DNA of 59,384 nucleotides, the filler included, from Circinaria calcarea (taxonomy: Eukaryota): the NCBI GenBank assembly GCA_051942165.1. It is 6 parts of 6 records of this genome, joined end to end, with 100 filler letters (N's around TTAATTAATTAA, not from the genome) between each part and the next. Parts side by side here need not be neighbours in the genome. Positions count along the whole stretch, not along the records: positions 29,795 to 39,604 come from JAVECS010000886.1; positions 39,705 to 49,503 come from JAVECS010000887.1; 4 more parts are not named here. The stretch is one strand, 5' to 3'. The translations under genes were made by a program, and so were the position numbers. Positions 35,801-47,910 of the stretch are shown here, piece by piece (position 1 is the stretch's first letter; each line of letters starts with the position of its first letter). The notes under the pieces are model-generated. The model was not told the origin of the DNA and did not search any database. It saw nothing but the letters and a program-made list of their open reading frames with translations.

Positions 35801-35912
35801 GTAGTGCTAAATAGTCCTCCTCCGTAACAGGATTCAGGTCCTTTCCAACGGAATGCGCCCCTACTTCTGTCATCTTTGGACCTTGCACCACTGATAAAAG
35901 CTCAGTTCTCAT
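32865..35912 (-). CDS. FHA + forkhead domain transcription factor (Fhl1-like), with AT-hook-like motif
   Basis: AFAKLQF, GISRTHAKIAYNF...GRNG (FHA); KPSQSYV..L.EVL...SLPQIY...YP.F...GWQSSIRHNLS (forkhead); RKGPGRPPK. Confidence 0.88.
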   Translation of the reverse strand: MRTELLSVVQGPKMTEVGAHSVGKDLNPVTEEDYLALPEPLLMALEDGPQFQFQDLTDGSKQYSSLKPNDTPADCCTVNKNPVVALNDSENHLGDIPIPNEEERLKDYANISTIEEDSSPLPCIKDGTSMTENPYMESSGDSTSESNLPAFPAFAKLQFADADEFMRTYAVLIGKDIEAFKLAKREDFEAKHKIESLPLKRSSSTGEACLSSRRIQSRKSRSIACSIVSGSGGIMGLDMHLVGSTKRRRIEKSYSTSSSSYRTSRKNSLSFMAAQTSDQSLAGFATPADALSHLPSPHECPMIKIHPPKSAGRGTLGFGGISRTHAKIAYNFEKQLFEVHVFGRNGLWVNEVHFAADETHELRSGDVIQIGGVTMRFLLPNIALGETGPGVVAESEVGEMSFEFEDGRGESIVDVDDDSINSSSSTDGQGSSQGPNEGDYGNDGPKQTEDKRAEAGAEKLNRALHKDAFNNDSDSEEEANNEDEEIQEVISKPTRRHKPQRETKPKSRPKTKSNSEAKMETIPAQPKRKGPGRPPKGPVSKRELAQQAREAKEAARVAALANEPPQVTLGTDDQPGNVVNAKSPQPEAKMVKRKYTKRKRAEDQLDTSSNIRDSIENIESATPKEVPAAMESKPPKDKKPPKPPKSPSPEWGDITDYTEEQLRKPSQSYVVILHEVLSNSPTGTMSLPQIYRAVMRRYPHFKFVPGTTGWQSSIRHNLSGHPAFNKIEREGKGWMWGLDRSVSIEKHTKRRTSPPVHTPQDYVRGQPPPTSQYYAQPWSAIPVNGQLQTGFQPYTGQPGMQPPQMSFQPNLNGLPLAFARPLSSTNSTYQSPYQSTSLPQAPVPAPSQPPSHFALSSHAVAGEASRQSLNLPTATQHPPHPGHYPQPSATLNAYQPPSQSHASAPQPLASSSSSSHSEPEPDVLNAISAFKAAMIKSMPDLPDVEKVIESATNRVLGNQPASSEPISPPEKAIMEALSEMLKDIKKAKEQRAQGALSPGVKEQPAGSPNPSFPSA

Positions 35913-36416
35913 GTTCAATGAAGCAGGCGCTATTCATGGGTACCTCGGTCTGAGTGCTCTTCTACTATGCGCTGCGCGCCAGCTTCTTGAATATCCTCCA
36001 TGTTCACTTCCTCCTGGACATTTCCGGCCGGTCGCAGAAGAGATTGCTGACGTTAAACTCGAGGGCGCGATGCACCATACAACCTAGCCAGGAAGGCCCT
36101 TTTGGATATCAAAGAAACGTGAACAGGCGCGCACAGCCCAAGACAGCTGGTCGATGTCGAACAACACCTTTTGACGTTCAGTCGGATGATGCAGATTCCA
36201 CCCTTGGCAGCTAAGGTGATCGCTATTCGTTATTATCTTGCATGAGTCCGTGCTCAAGCCTTCAATATCGGTCCGTTTATTCCGCATCCCTAGCGTCCCT
36301 AGCGTCCTGCAAACTGCAGACGACTAGGGTCAATGCAAAAGTGGGAGAGTGGGAGAAGTCATCTCCAGCTTGACAGTTGGCCATCTGCTTTCCAGGTCCA
36401 TGTCGAGGCCGGAGTC

Positions 36417-37603
36417 ATGACTGTCAAGGTGAATAGAAAGCGCCAGGCTGTCTCAACACCAGTACAGCAACCGGACTGGCCATTACTCGTTTCAACGCCT
36501 GATCTATCGCTGGAGACTGTGCTCGAAGGTCAAATCTATGTGGTCCGCCATCTGTTCACATCCAGACTTTCCCGCCAATATGTCTCTTTCTTGTCTGATC
36601 TCCCCTTGATTACAACCCCAAACCAGCCCAAAAAAGGCGATGCCCTAAGGGTGAATGATCGCTTTGAGGTCAATGATCCCGTCTTCGCAGAGCAGCTATG
36701 GAATGGCACAGGTCTCAAGGACTTGCTATCTACAGCTAACCACAGCTGGGGAGGCGACCTATGTGGGCTTAACACTCGTATAAGGATCTACAGGTATAAA
36801 AAGGGGCAGTTTTTCGGCCAGCATTGTAGGTAGCCGACCCAACGGTCAGATTTCTTTGTCTCTTTCCTTTTGATTTACATTGTTTTTCCGTGTTCTAGTC
36901 TGCAAATTCTCGTAACAGCTTAGTCTATAGTGATCAGGGGCGGCCTCTCTGAGCCCATATCCGGCTAAAAAACAGCATCTACCATCCACCATCCACACAA
37001 ACTTTATCATTCAATACCAAGGACGAGAGTAGCGCTGATAGCGAATCTGGAACATACCTCCACATTTGAGCATGACTGGGCTATGATTCAGATGATAACA
37101 ACAATGTGATGAAAGGTTTCGAGGCATCCTTCGTTATGCACACTACCCAAGGAAGCAGTCTATACTCCGTTTTCATGCTTTATGCCTAGTTTTCATACGC
37201 TAGAGAACATGTTTATGCTGACCCATATAGATGATGAATCTAACAACATTGTTCTTCCCACCACTCCCACTTCAACGCCAGCAAGGACTACCTGGACGCT
37301 ATTGATATACCTTACTGGTCCAGCAACCGGCTGTATTGGTGGTCAAACATGTTTCTATCCGGAGCTCGGTACCGCAAAGCAATTCTCTGACAAATCCAGT
37401 CAAGGCACGGAACCCATTATGGTTGATCTGGAGGTAGGCATGGCTCTGCTGCACAAGGTAAGATAAGAAACTTTGCAAGATCTGTTGAGTTAGTAATCGT
37501 ACTTGACATGCAGCACGGGAACGATTGCATGCTTCACGAGGGACGGGAGGTTACTGCGGGAGAGAAATGGGTCATAAGAAGTGATCTTTGCGTCGAACGG
37601 TGA
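36417..37603 (+). CDS. 2-oxoglutarate/Fe(II)-dependent dioxygenase (prolyl-4-hydroxylase-like), 3 exons
   Basis: RVNDRF...DP.FA..LW, GLN.RIRIYRY..GQFFGQH|YDES (HxD across the intron), WTLLIYL, GG.T.FY, LLHK|HG.DCMLHEGREV..GEKWVIRSDL. Confidence 0.88.
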
Positions 37604-37749
37604 TGGTAGGTTCCAGACACCATAGGAAACTAAAAGCGTCGAAGGAGCCCGACGGCACTACTACTAAGGTATCACCACAAGAGCGAGAGGTAGGATACGA
37701 AATGGATGATTGGAAGGGGCAAAAGTATATATTATATCTTCGTGAAACC

Positions 37750-38475
37750 CTACGAACCCTCTAGCTCCTTGATACGTTCAAACGCCTTCACAAAGGCATC
37801 CGCATCTTGAGCCCCTCCGATATCATATTTCCCCTGCAGGGTAAAATGCGGCACCCCACTGATATGCTTCATTTGCGCTTCCCGCACCTCGCGATCCACC
37901 TCCCTTCCCCCCTTATCACTCTCCAACCATGCCCGAACCTCCTCCTCCGCCAACCCGGCTCTGACGCCCGCCGCCTGCAAAACTGCACGGCTCGTGATAT
38001 CCTCTTCGTTTTCGAAGTAGCTCCTGAACAACTCTTCGACCACCCGCGTCTGCACATCCGGTCCCTTGGTCTTCCCCAGCTGGATCAGCCGGTGCGAGTC
38101 CCTTGTGTTTCCCGTCTTGCCCCCGAATTTGAAGTTGATCCCCACGTCCTTGCCGGCGGCGGTCAGGCGCTCCAGAATCATTGCGGTTCTTTGCTCGCCG
38201 AACTTGGTCTTGTAGTACTGGCGCTTGTCGATGCCTTGGGTGGACGCGCCCGGGTTGAGGTAGAAGGGGAGCCAGGTGGTGGAGAAGGTGTCGGTGGTGC
38301 CGGGGTGGGCGGCTCTGTAGGCGGCGATGCCCCTTTCGAGCTTGTTTTTCCCGACATAGCACTAGCGCGGCATTCGGGTCAGAGGCAATGTACGATATAC
38401 AGTCCATGGGGAGTATTCCTTCCTTACCCATGGGCAGACGGTATCTGAGACGATGGAGATTTGGAAGTTGGTCAT
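37750..38475 (-). CDS. DSBA-like thioredoxin-fold oxidoreductase (FrnE-like)
   Basis: MTNFQISIVSDTVCPW|CYVGK (CPWC split by an intron), WLPFYLNP, GNTRDSHRLIQL, ISGVPHF, GAQD. Confidence 0.9.
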
Positions 38476-39199
38476 TTCTGCTTATGGTAAAGTTTTTGTC
38501 GGAAACGCCCAGATTTGACCACCCTTTTTTGGGTTTTATTCTACGGAAGGAATCAACGGGGAGCAAGGGGCGATGGTTAACGTTCAAGTATGTACGAGTT
38601 GTTATATTCGCTTTCTTAGATTGCTTAGGTCAGTTAGTTGGACAAATTGATTTATCATCAATCAATCAAAAATCATCTGCCGAGTTTCGTCATGCTTCGA
38701 TCTACGCTGGGATGCTCGCTGGGTCGGTCTCGAAGTTTCTGCCGTCGGGCATTAGATAATCTTTCCGCTTTTGCGGGTCAAAATGGGATGAACGATGCCA
38801 CCCAAGCACGCGGGGCCACGGGGGTTATGGTGAGGTGCACTTCGCTTCTGCGAGGTCTTTATGGCCGCCTTTAGAGGCTTTTTCATCGCTACCAGAAAGA
38901 AGCAATTGGCGCTTTGAATAAAAGCTTCAGAGCAGCATGATACTATTTTAAAATAATTCTGTAGTTTAGGTTATACCTGTAGCCAATAAGCATAATATCA
39001 CAGCCGCCGGTATATCGTGATAAGTTTAGAATCCGGGGCCAATATTCCGAAAGTATTAATTTGAGTGTAAGGGCGCTGTGTTATGGCGCCAGCACCATAG
39101 TATATGCTAGACCTAGTATGGGGTTAGTGCTGGAACGGATTAGCCTGAGAGCCGTGCTTAATAGGCTCACGATGAGTAAATATAGGTGAGCAGGATGAG

Positions 39200-39604
39200 T
39201 GTAAGGGCTCTACCCGAGAACCCCTACGAACACTACGGGTGAACTATACACCGAGGTCACGGGGTATTGGCTTAGCGAGAAAGGTTTTCCTCGCGAAGCT
39301 GTAAGGATCTTCTACGAATAGTATGCTGATCTTACGAATAAGGGTCGGTAAACTGTGTGATAATGTGCTCAATAGGATCGCATAGTGTATGAATTATTGC
39401 TAAAGAATTCTGGTGTAACGCTTCGCGAAGAAAACCTTTCTCGCTAAGCCAACACCTCGTGACCTCGGTGTATAGTTCCTCCGTAGGGTTCGTAGGGGTT
39501 CTCGGGTAGAGCCCTTACAGAAGCGTTACACGAGAACTCTTTAGCAATAATTCATACGCTATACGAACCCATTGAGCTCATTGTCATACAGTTTACCGAC
39601 CCTT
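39200..39604. mobile_element. Non-coding element with two interleaved inverted-repeat pairs (MITE/foldback or LTR-derived remnant), truncated at contig end
   Basis: 39200-39299 is the reverse complement of 39420-39519 (about 6 mismatches in 100 by eye; termini TGTAAG...CTTACA). 39340-39424 is the more diverged reverse complement of 39520-39604. Confidence 0.6.
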
Positions 39605-39704
39605 NNNNNNNNNNNNNNNNNNNNNNNNNNNNNNNNNNNNNNNNNNNNTTAATTAATTAANNNNNNNNNNNNNNNNNNNNNNNNNNNNNNNNNNNNNNNN
39701 NNNN
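39605..39704. other. Artificial contig spacer
   Basis: N44-TTAATTAATTAA-N44. Confidence 0.98.
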
Positions 39705-40944
39705 GAGACTACCATGGGGATCAGGAGTGCTGTTGTTGGACATCTCGAGAGCTGGGTCAAAATGGGGTGCACGCCTTGGTTCGTTTTCTCCAGTTAAATC
39801 GGTGTTTAGGTAATCTGCCCGTCGGAAGGCCGTCTCTGGGGCGAAGAAGAAGATGAACGGGAGGATAGCACCGCTAAAGATTGCGATGAAGTAAAAGGAC
39901 CACTGCCACCCGAGAGTATGGGTGATTTTCCCAACAATGATTGGAGTAAAGAACGCTCCACCAAAGAGGGCCATATTCGAGATTGCCATGCGCTTGCCAC
40001 GCTCCTATTTTAATGGGGTCAGCAAGAAATCTAAATATGCTATAAGGCAATCTCGGACGATGTTAACGTGTCGTCAGGAGCAGACGTTGTCATATGATCT
40101 GCCCGTGACTAAAATGTACTTTGCATAGAAGCCATTTATCCATGCTCCACAATCCAGCGATTCGATCGAGTATGACACTGGTCATGGATCAAATTCTTCC
40201 TCGAATCCATTGAGTTTGAGCAATTCTTGGCCTGACCTGGTGTGGTACGATACGAAAAGCTCTCTCGAACAAAACTTACATGCACAAAGTATAGGTCTCC
40301 AACACTGGCGTTTACCAAAGCTTCGAATGGCGCCAGCCCTACCCCTTGTATGATACGTGCCCATAACAGACTCTTGTAGTTCCGTCCACTGGCTCCTCCC
40401 CAAGCACTACCTATTATGATGAGGATCGTGCCGAGTAAGTACAGATGTCGTTTTCCCCACACTCTTGCAGACGCTACAAAGATAACACCGGCGACGCCAA
40501 CACCACAGAGATGATATCCGGTAAGTAATGCCATTGCCGTGAAATCGCGTCGAAAGTATAGTGACAGTGTGATGGTGTTGGCCGCCAACAAAGGACTAAG
40601 CGTGGAAGCGATGATGGAGATGATGGATAGAATGGCGAGAATGGTGTCGCGCTTCCATAGCGGCCAATTCTAAGCTGTATCAGCAATTTATCGATTCCAG
40701 ATGGATATAGTGTTTTCACCAAAGGATCGTTCGGATCATCACTAGGTTGAGGGACCAAAATAATTGACCCATCATACTTCAATCTCGAGTTGGTTCCTCC
40801 GGCTTGAGGGGGCCGACTAGCATCGTCAAGTACGAATGAGGTACCTAAACAGAATGTCAGCATATGCAAAGTCCACGGTCGCTGGCCACTTTTGTTACCT
40901 GGCACATGCTCGTTGTGTGGAACATCAAGGACTCCGAGACCCAT
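39705..40944 (-). CDS. MFS transporter (DHA1/HOL1-like), 3' truncated
   Basis: MGLGVLD....HVPGT, IILVPQPSDDPNDPL|NWP.WKRD, WGKR..YL, ARIIQGVG.APFE.LV..SVGDLYFVH|ERGKRM, LGWQW.F....PET.F.R. Confidence 0.9.
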
Positions 40945-41739
40945 TCTGTCTACTCATCCACTTTGTTGTATCTCTTATTTCTGGGGATATATATATATTA
41001 AGGTCTGTTAAGACTGTCCTCTTGAGTTCCTTCGTTCCATATCTACTCCGGCTGGAGGGGAAGGTGAAGAGTGGAGACGGCGGTGGTTAACGTACGACTT
41101 TAAGATAAATACAGTCCACTCAAGAGAAGAAACCCGAGTCTGGAGAAGCGTGTGTAACAGGCGCACCAACCTCGTTTTGGCAAGGGGAAGCTCGGGAGCT
41201 AGTGGTAGGGTGGGATTAAGGGGTTGGACCTTCCGACATGAGAGACCGGGAAGTTGGACCATTCGCCACCAATCAACGGGACCGTCAATCTACAAAGTCA
41301 TTGTTATTTAACAGCGAGTGTTGGATCTCTGTATTCAGGCCCTAAATAATTATAGCTCACAAGGAGCAATCTATGTTACGATACCTAGTAATATCTGGGG
41401 ATGTAAAACGTGCAATTGTAGCAGATTCCCATAGCTTTTGTAGCAGGACCAGGTCTATGTTGGCATGATGAGACGATAACTCCTCGTGCTGTTTAGTCAG
41501 TCTTCATGGCAAGGAAACTCGTACGACGGAAAGAAGGTCCACGCGACTAGGGATTCCACTCATCTATGCCCTCCTCAATCAAACAGGTTTAGTAGTCCAA
41601 AATTAGTGGCGGCCTGGTCCCAAGAACTTGCCCCTCGACGACACCTCAAATAAAGAGGGCCGGCCGTTCCCTAAATCCTCCATCCAGATCGTAGGGATCC
41701 TCTCAAGTGAACGCGTCCAATCATCCTCATTGCTCCGTT

Positions 41740-42625
41740 ATGATGAAGTCCATCTACGGTGCCATCTTCATTGGTTTGACCGCGCTCTCGGTTCTGGCTC
41801 AAGATCTATCCAAACTACCTAAATGCGCTGTGAATAACCTCCCACTATCCTGCTTGATGGAAAGGACATGTCTGAACTGACTGGCCCTCAACAGCAAGAA
41901 TGCGTCGGCAATAGTCTTGGCAGCACCGGATGCCAGATCCTCGACATTGGATGCATCTGCAGGAGCTCCGGTTGGATTGCCGGTCTCTCATGCTGCATCG
42001 CGAGTAAATGTTCCACTGCGGAGCAACAGAGTAAGCCCGCCCGAGTTTCCCCTGGCACTCGAGGCACAGAGCCCTTGGATTAAACAAAAACACTCTGCTA
42101 ATTCCGGTTTAGCAACCATTACCTTTGCCAGTCAATTGTGCTCAACGTATGTTTCGGAGCCTGGCTGGGATCGGGGACAGTTGTAGCATATGTGGTTTGC
42201 CCTATAAACTAACATGTGGCCGTGTCTAGTAATGGAGTGACGCTTCCCACGTCAGCAGTTTGCTCGACAGCTTCTGGCACGACAGCAGCCAGCACCGGAT
42301 CCTCCTCTGCCGGGAGTGCGGCAGCCCTTACGAGCACAGGGACAGTAACAAGTTCTGCAGCGAATGCCTCAGGTACGTTGTGTTCTTTAGGTTCAAGAAG
42401 CGGGCAATACCGACGACTGGTGTGCTCGACCGGGTTCACCCCAGATTATATATTGACATCCATTCAGGATCATCAGCCACCGCAGCAGGAGCCTCAGCTG
42501 CCTCCGCCGCCAGCTCTGCGGGTTCCGCTGCTACCACGCCTAATACCGCTGCTGGCGTCTTCAATTCTCTCAGTTCTAGGATCGGTGCAGCCGGTGCAGC
42601 GATAGCTGCGCTGGTCTTGATCTGA
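41740..42625 (+). CDS. Secreted, probably GPI-anchored CFEM-domain protein (5 exons)
   Basis: Signal peptide MMKSIYGAIFIGLTALSVLA; LPKCA|QEC......GCQILDIGCIC.......LSCCIASKC...Q|.TI.FA.QLC; Ser/Thr/Ala-rich stalk; hydrophobic C-terminus AAGAAIAALVLI*. Confidence 0.88.
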
Positions 42626-43302
42626 AGACTCGGGTTGAACGAACGCTGTCGGAAGTTTTCTGTATCACTGTACGCGAATTGGAGAGTGGTGTTGTTTGTC
42701 AAACGAGAAGCTGCCAAATAGTTTTATTTCCCATCCGGAAAAGACGACGCTTGGATGATGGAGCAATGTTATGATACTCACCAGATAAATCCACCATGTA
42801 TAGCTATAGTGGGCTTTGGATATCAGAGGCTTTCCCGGGCGCTATAATCATGTCTTTCCCTATCGATTTTGCATGTGGACCACATCATGTATAATTAAAT
42901 AATATGGCAATGGAATCAGAACACCGCGTTCGCGAACCTCATCAAGGTGCTATGTATAGAGCATTGAAGCTCGCTCTCCGCTATGTATATTACGATTAAA
43001 AATATAAGAGGAAAGTTTAAACAACAACGGGTGGTTTCCCAAGCCCCTTTTGGCTCTGCCTATAGAAATTTTCCCGGCCGAGGTCGTCCCAATGACCAAG
43101 AACGAAGTCCCCAGTCCAAAGAAATAGAAACTGCCCGCAATGCATTTCGTGTAATCAAAAACCCTAGATGCTACCTCCTTGAATGCATAATCCCTTTCCC
43201 CCGTCTCTTCTTCCACTGACTGCACCTTCCATCTGGTTCTCGGTCTCCCAACTCTCTAATCACACATGGTGTGGGTGTCTTTATCCAGATGTTCCTTGCT
43301 GC

Positions 43303-46300
43303 TCAGGTTCCCGGGTACAAAACATCTTCCAGCCCGTGATCGCCCTTTTTCTTCAGCCGCCACGTGCTCTTCTTCTTTTCTCTCTTTGCCTTCATCTCCT
43401 CCCACCCTTCCTCCTCGTCGTCATCGCTCCCCGCCCCCAGTCTTCCGGTTTTCTTTTTATCTCCGCCGACCACTTTGACTGTAGTCTGCACCCCATCTTT
43501 TTTCTGAATCCACCCTTGCAATGCAGTTCCTGACGTAAGAGTCGATGCTCTCGATGATTGCTTCCCTGTGTCGTCTACGGGTGCTACAGAAACAGGTCGG
43601 TATCTCGATGGCTGTCCTATGTTGCTCCGCTCCGATGGTGCGATAGATGGCGAATACCCTTGTCCAGGCCCGAGAGCCCCGTTCATCAAACTAGGGGCCA
43701 TGGAAGCCTGATATCTTCCCTGGGCTTGCTGGGCCCACTGTGAGTTTACACCCGAGTCAATCATGCTCATCGCGCGTTGCTGTTGCTGTTGCCCCAGTAA
43801 AGCCATGTTCGGGGTGGAGTTTGAACCCATCGATATTGGACGATGCACCTGAATACCCGGCGGCGACAAGAAGCCATTATTCGCCATGGAAGGGCTCTGC
43901 GGCAGCATTTGTGGGGGCTGGCCGGGGTGCATACCTTGCATACCTACCATCTGTTGCATTTGTTGCATCCAATGCATCTGCATCTGCATCATCTGCGTCA
44001 TTTGCTGAGACATCTGAATTTGCGCATGATCTCCAGGGGACATCACAGGCATCGGCGGCATGCTCATAGGGTTCATTCCAGGAGGCAGCGACATAAGGCT
44101 GCCTGGGATGTTTGGCACACCATATCCGCCTTGAGCGTTGGGACTACCTCTCCGCGCGGCTCTCGCTCTCTCTTCACTTGCTATAACGCCGACCAAGCCA
44201 CCTGGATGCATAGCAGGTTGAGATTCTCCGTACACTGACGCCCCACCGTTGGTACCAAATGCCAGCTGCTCGCGATTTGTAGGGTTGACTATACTAGCAC
44301 CATAATAAGGGTCTTTAGGAAGGTTCCTCGCAAACGGCGGAAGATTTCCGCGGGCACCTCCAGCAACAGATCCACCAGCCACAGATGCGGGAGGTGGAGG
44401 ATACGTCTCACTAGCATATCGGATCGTTGGGGCAGATCCAGTTTTGTCCAAGTGGCCTGGTGGCCTGTCTTTAGAGGGGAACCCATGAGCAGCCAGAATT
44501 CCGAGAGGGATGTCCTCATCTTCATCGTCACTAGCCTTACCAGGCTGGGCGGACTTGCCAACGGCCAAATTCATGGTGGACATGCGGGAACCCAAATTGG
44601 GTGTACTCAAACTTGTCCTATCGATGTGCGGTCGTTTTTGCCCAGATTCAGTCAAGTTGGAGGGTTGCTCTCCTGTCACCTTCATCATTTGCTGCCTGTA
44701 AACCGCAAGATGAGCCTCTTGTTTTCGACGCTGTTTGACGAGCTGCTTTGTGCGTTCTGCTTCGTCTTCATCATCGTAATTGTCACTATCATCGCCCGAC
44801 GCCTCGCTCTTGGATTCGTTGCTCTTGCTACGTGACATCTCTTGTTCTTTGCGGTATCGTTCAAACTGCGCAGGAGTCATCACTTTACTATGAGGATGTT
44901 GCTTCCGTGGTGATGACTCTTTTCCCTGATACTGCATAGCCGCCTCTGCCAAATGACGAAAGGAAGGGTCGAACAGAAGCGAATCATCTTGCTGCTGCAA
45001 ATCGGGTTTCCTGGCCCGTGGAGTCGTATTCAACGACTCGGAATGCCAGGAGTTGGAGTCACTGGCCACAAGGTTTGGGCCGTCATTGAGAGTGACCGGA
45101 TTGTGCTGCGAAGCTTGGGGCCTTGACGAAGATTCCGAGTGTGAATCCTTAGATGGTGCTGTTGCCTTTCTTGGAATGACTTTGGATTGGTTACCCCTTT
45201 CATAACTCCCTTGACTGTTTCCTTGATTGTTTCCCGGCCTTGCTGTTTGTCTATCGCTATCGTCCAGGACGTCTGAGTTGCGATTTAACCTCCTACTCGC
45301 ATTGACAGAATCCATAACAAGCATCGCATCAGTATCGTAAAGAGGCGTTGATTGCCTACGCACTGCATGAACGCTGGTTCGTTCGACTGGGGAGTCCACC
45401 TGTGGCCTAATTGGATTACCGGAGCGGTCAACCTTTGGCAAAGTAGTCGGCCTAGGGTTGACAGCATGCCGGGGACGCTGCAAAGTTGAAAGGTTCTCGT
45501 TATACTCATCGAGCTGCACCCTACGATGTTCTTCTCCTGGACTTAAAGATGACATCAAGCCCTGACGAGAATCATTGCTATCACCAGAATAAGGAGAGGC
45601 CACAATCTCTTCATAACGGTCTAGATTAAGCGGTGGAGGTGTGTTGGGTAACCGCTTAGATAAGTATGCGTGCTTGGGAGCAGCAGGTGCCGCGCGTTCA
45701 GGTAGTTGCTGAGGCCTTTGTTAGTATCTATCATTCTAACAGCGAACAAAACAAGGATTACCTACTGTGACATTTGCAGTTGGAGCACTTGAGATTTCCT
45801 GATCCTCCAGAAGCTGAGACTTTTTACTTCCAAACGCTTCGAACACACTCCCAAACCCATCGGGATCATCGGTCTGACCGAAGTCAAGGCTGGTATCCAG
45901 CAGTCTCGGGGGCGTTGCAGTGCTTGCGCTAGCATAACTTGTCTCGGTCATTGCTCGAGACCTTGGTACAATTCCATAGTCCTGGTGAGTCCCATTGGAA
46001 GTGTTTGGTACAGGCGCGGGGCTGCTGGGAGGTATTTGTTGAGAGGCCTTTCTTCCGAAGGTCAACGTCCGACCCGCAGCTCGTAGTGAGAAGGCCGGTG
46101 GGGGAGGTGAGGTTGGAGGGTTGGGAAGGGTATGCGACGTTTTGGGTTGGGGATGAGATGACTCGTCGGCGCTTGCTTCAATGGATGAAGAAGAGGGCAA
46201 GGTCGAAGAGGAGCTGAAGCGTGCCGAAGATGAGGAAGTATCATAGAGACCTCCGCTAGATGATGAGTTGTTCGTTCCTCCACTACCCCTAACATGATCA

Positions 46301-46580
46301 GTAATTGAAAGGTCCTTGCGCTCACAACTGCACCATACCGGTTTGTCAAGATTGGATTAGGTCGTCGATCCTCAAACTCGTAATTTTCTAGGTACTGACT
46401 TGCACTCAACGGCCTTCCATCACTCATCCGCTTCAAGGTGTTGCCTCCGTCGAAAGATTTTCCGGCGCTCGATGGACGCTCAAACACCCGAAAAGATTGC
46501 TGGGGAGGATTCTGCAGCTCTTCCAAAGCATTTCCAGACGACTTCCGACGGGGGAACCCTTTGGGCAGCTTGATAGGCAT
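43303..46580 (-). CDS. Conserved fungal low-complexity protein of unknown function (3 exons)
   Basis: Long ORFs joined by short introns. Conserved-looking islands: MPIKLPKGF.RRKSSGNALEE, SYASASTATPP, KVMTPAQFERYR, KQRRKQEAHLAVYRQQMMKVTG, DEDIPLGILAAHGFP, GLVGVIA.EERARA.RRGSPN, PSIAPSERSNIG.PSRYRPV. Confidence 0.8.
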
Positions 46581-47910
46581 CAAGAGCTGCCTTTACAGCT
46601 TGTACGGTCGTGTCGAGGTTCTGCAGGTAGGAGTCGGCCGATGCTAATGAAGCGGAGGGATCAGGAAGGCGTCAGTAACGGCTCGGTTTTGTATATGACC
46701 CAGGATTAACCGCAGGAGCGATGTCGTGTACGACTTGGGGTGATTATTGTCAATGATGAATGGTTCGTGAGTCGGGTCGGGTGAGCGCAGAGTGCAGTTC
46801 GGGATCAACAAATCGGGACCCTGCGGCCAACACGTTTCCCGCCGCTGACAGGTATTATGTACAATCGTGCTCCGTGAGGGATGTATCGGTGTGTTTGACT
46901 CTTGTTTTGCAAGGCCTTGAGATGAGACTCTTCGGACTACCTAGACGAGACTGGCTTGCAGGACTTTCTTCCGGGACTTTTCGATTGTCGGTCGACTTTG
47001 CAGAAGCTACGGACGGTAGATGCAATGCAGTTGGCGGTCGTAATTATCGATGCCGGTCGCGCAATGGTGGCTGGCGAGTGTGGCCGTTGATGAGGTCGGT
47101 TGGTGACCGATTGTTGTTGAACTGATCCGACGGCAGACCCTTGAACAGTTGACGACGCCCAAATTAGTACCAACCGGTACGGGGGTAAAAGATCGACAGG
47201 GGGTCTGATATAACAAGATGATGTATTCCCACGAAAGCTATGAAGGAAGGCAAGAAGGGAAGAATGGTAGTATAACGAATGTCGTTGGACTGCTTGCAAT
47301 AGATTCTGGCAATACTGAAAGGTAACGGAAACTGGTTGAATTGAATTATTATGATGAGGGACGGGGAATCAGGAGGCGTGACAAGGGTTCCATCTCGTAA
47401 TACTTTTAATAGCGCTCGGGGCTTGGGGCTAAGCAGCAGGTGCTGATTGATGATGAGCGGAGGCAGTCGCGACGAACAGTCGGGACATGATATGATAGGT
47501 ACATCATTACTCGACCGGATTGTTCCCCAAAGTATAATCAATGTATGCAATGCACCGCAGCCTCACCTTTGATTTCCCAGCCATGCCCGTCCCATGCCCG
47601 TCCCATGCCCATCCCATCCTCTCGTTCGAAAAAAAAGGCTTACGGAGCCCGAACCGAATGGTCTGCCCCACTAAAAAATTCTCACGGTAAGGGCTGGGGA
47701 CGAAACCCACGTTGTGCCGAAGATGTGCTTGGCTCAATTGAGACAGGGGGGTCCACTAACTCGAGAATAATTCACGTGACCGGAGCACTTGCCATCCGGT
47801 TAGCGTAACAGTCTGAAACAAACCTTCTTCATGATCTATACAGGTACAGCAATAAGATTGATCTTCGCTGCCAATTAGAATCCGGGTGGGCGCGCCACGC
47901 AGCTTTGATA

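Noticed and set aside
37807..38587. Long ORFs 37807..38448 (+) and 37916..38587 (-)
   Set aside because: GC-rich antisense or alternative frames of the DSBA-like gene.
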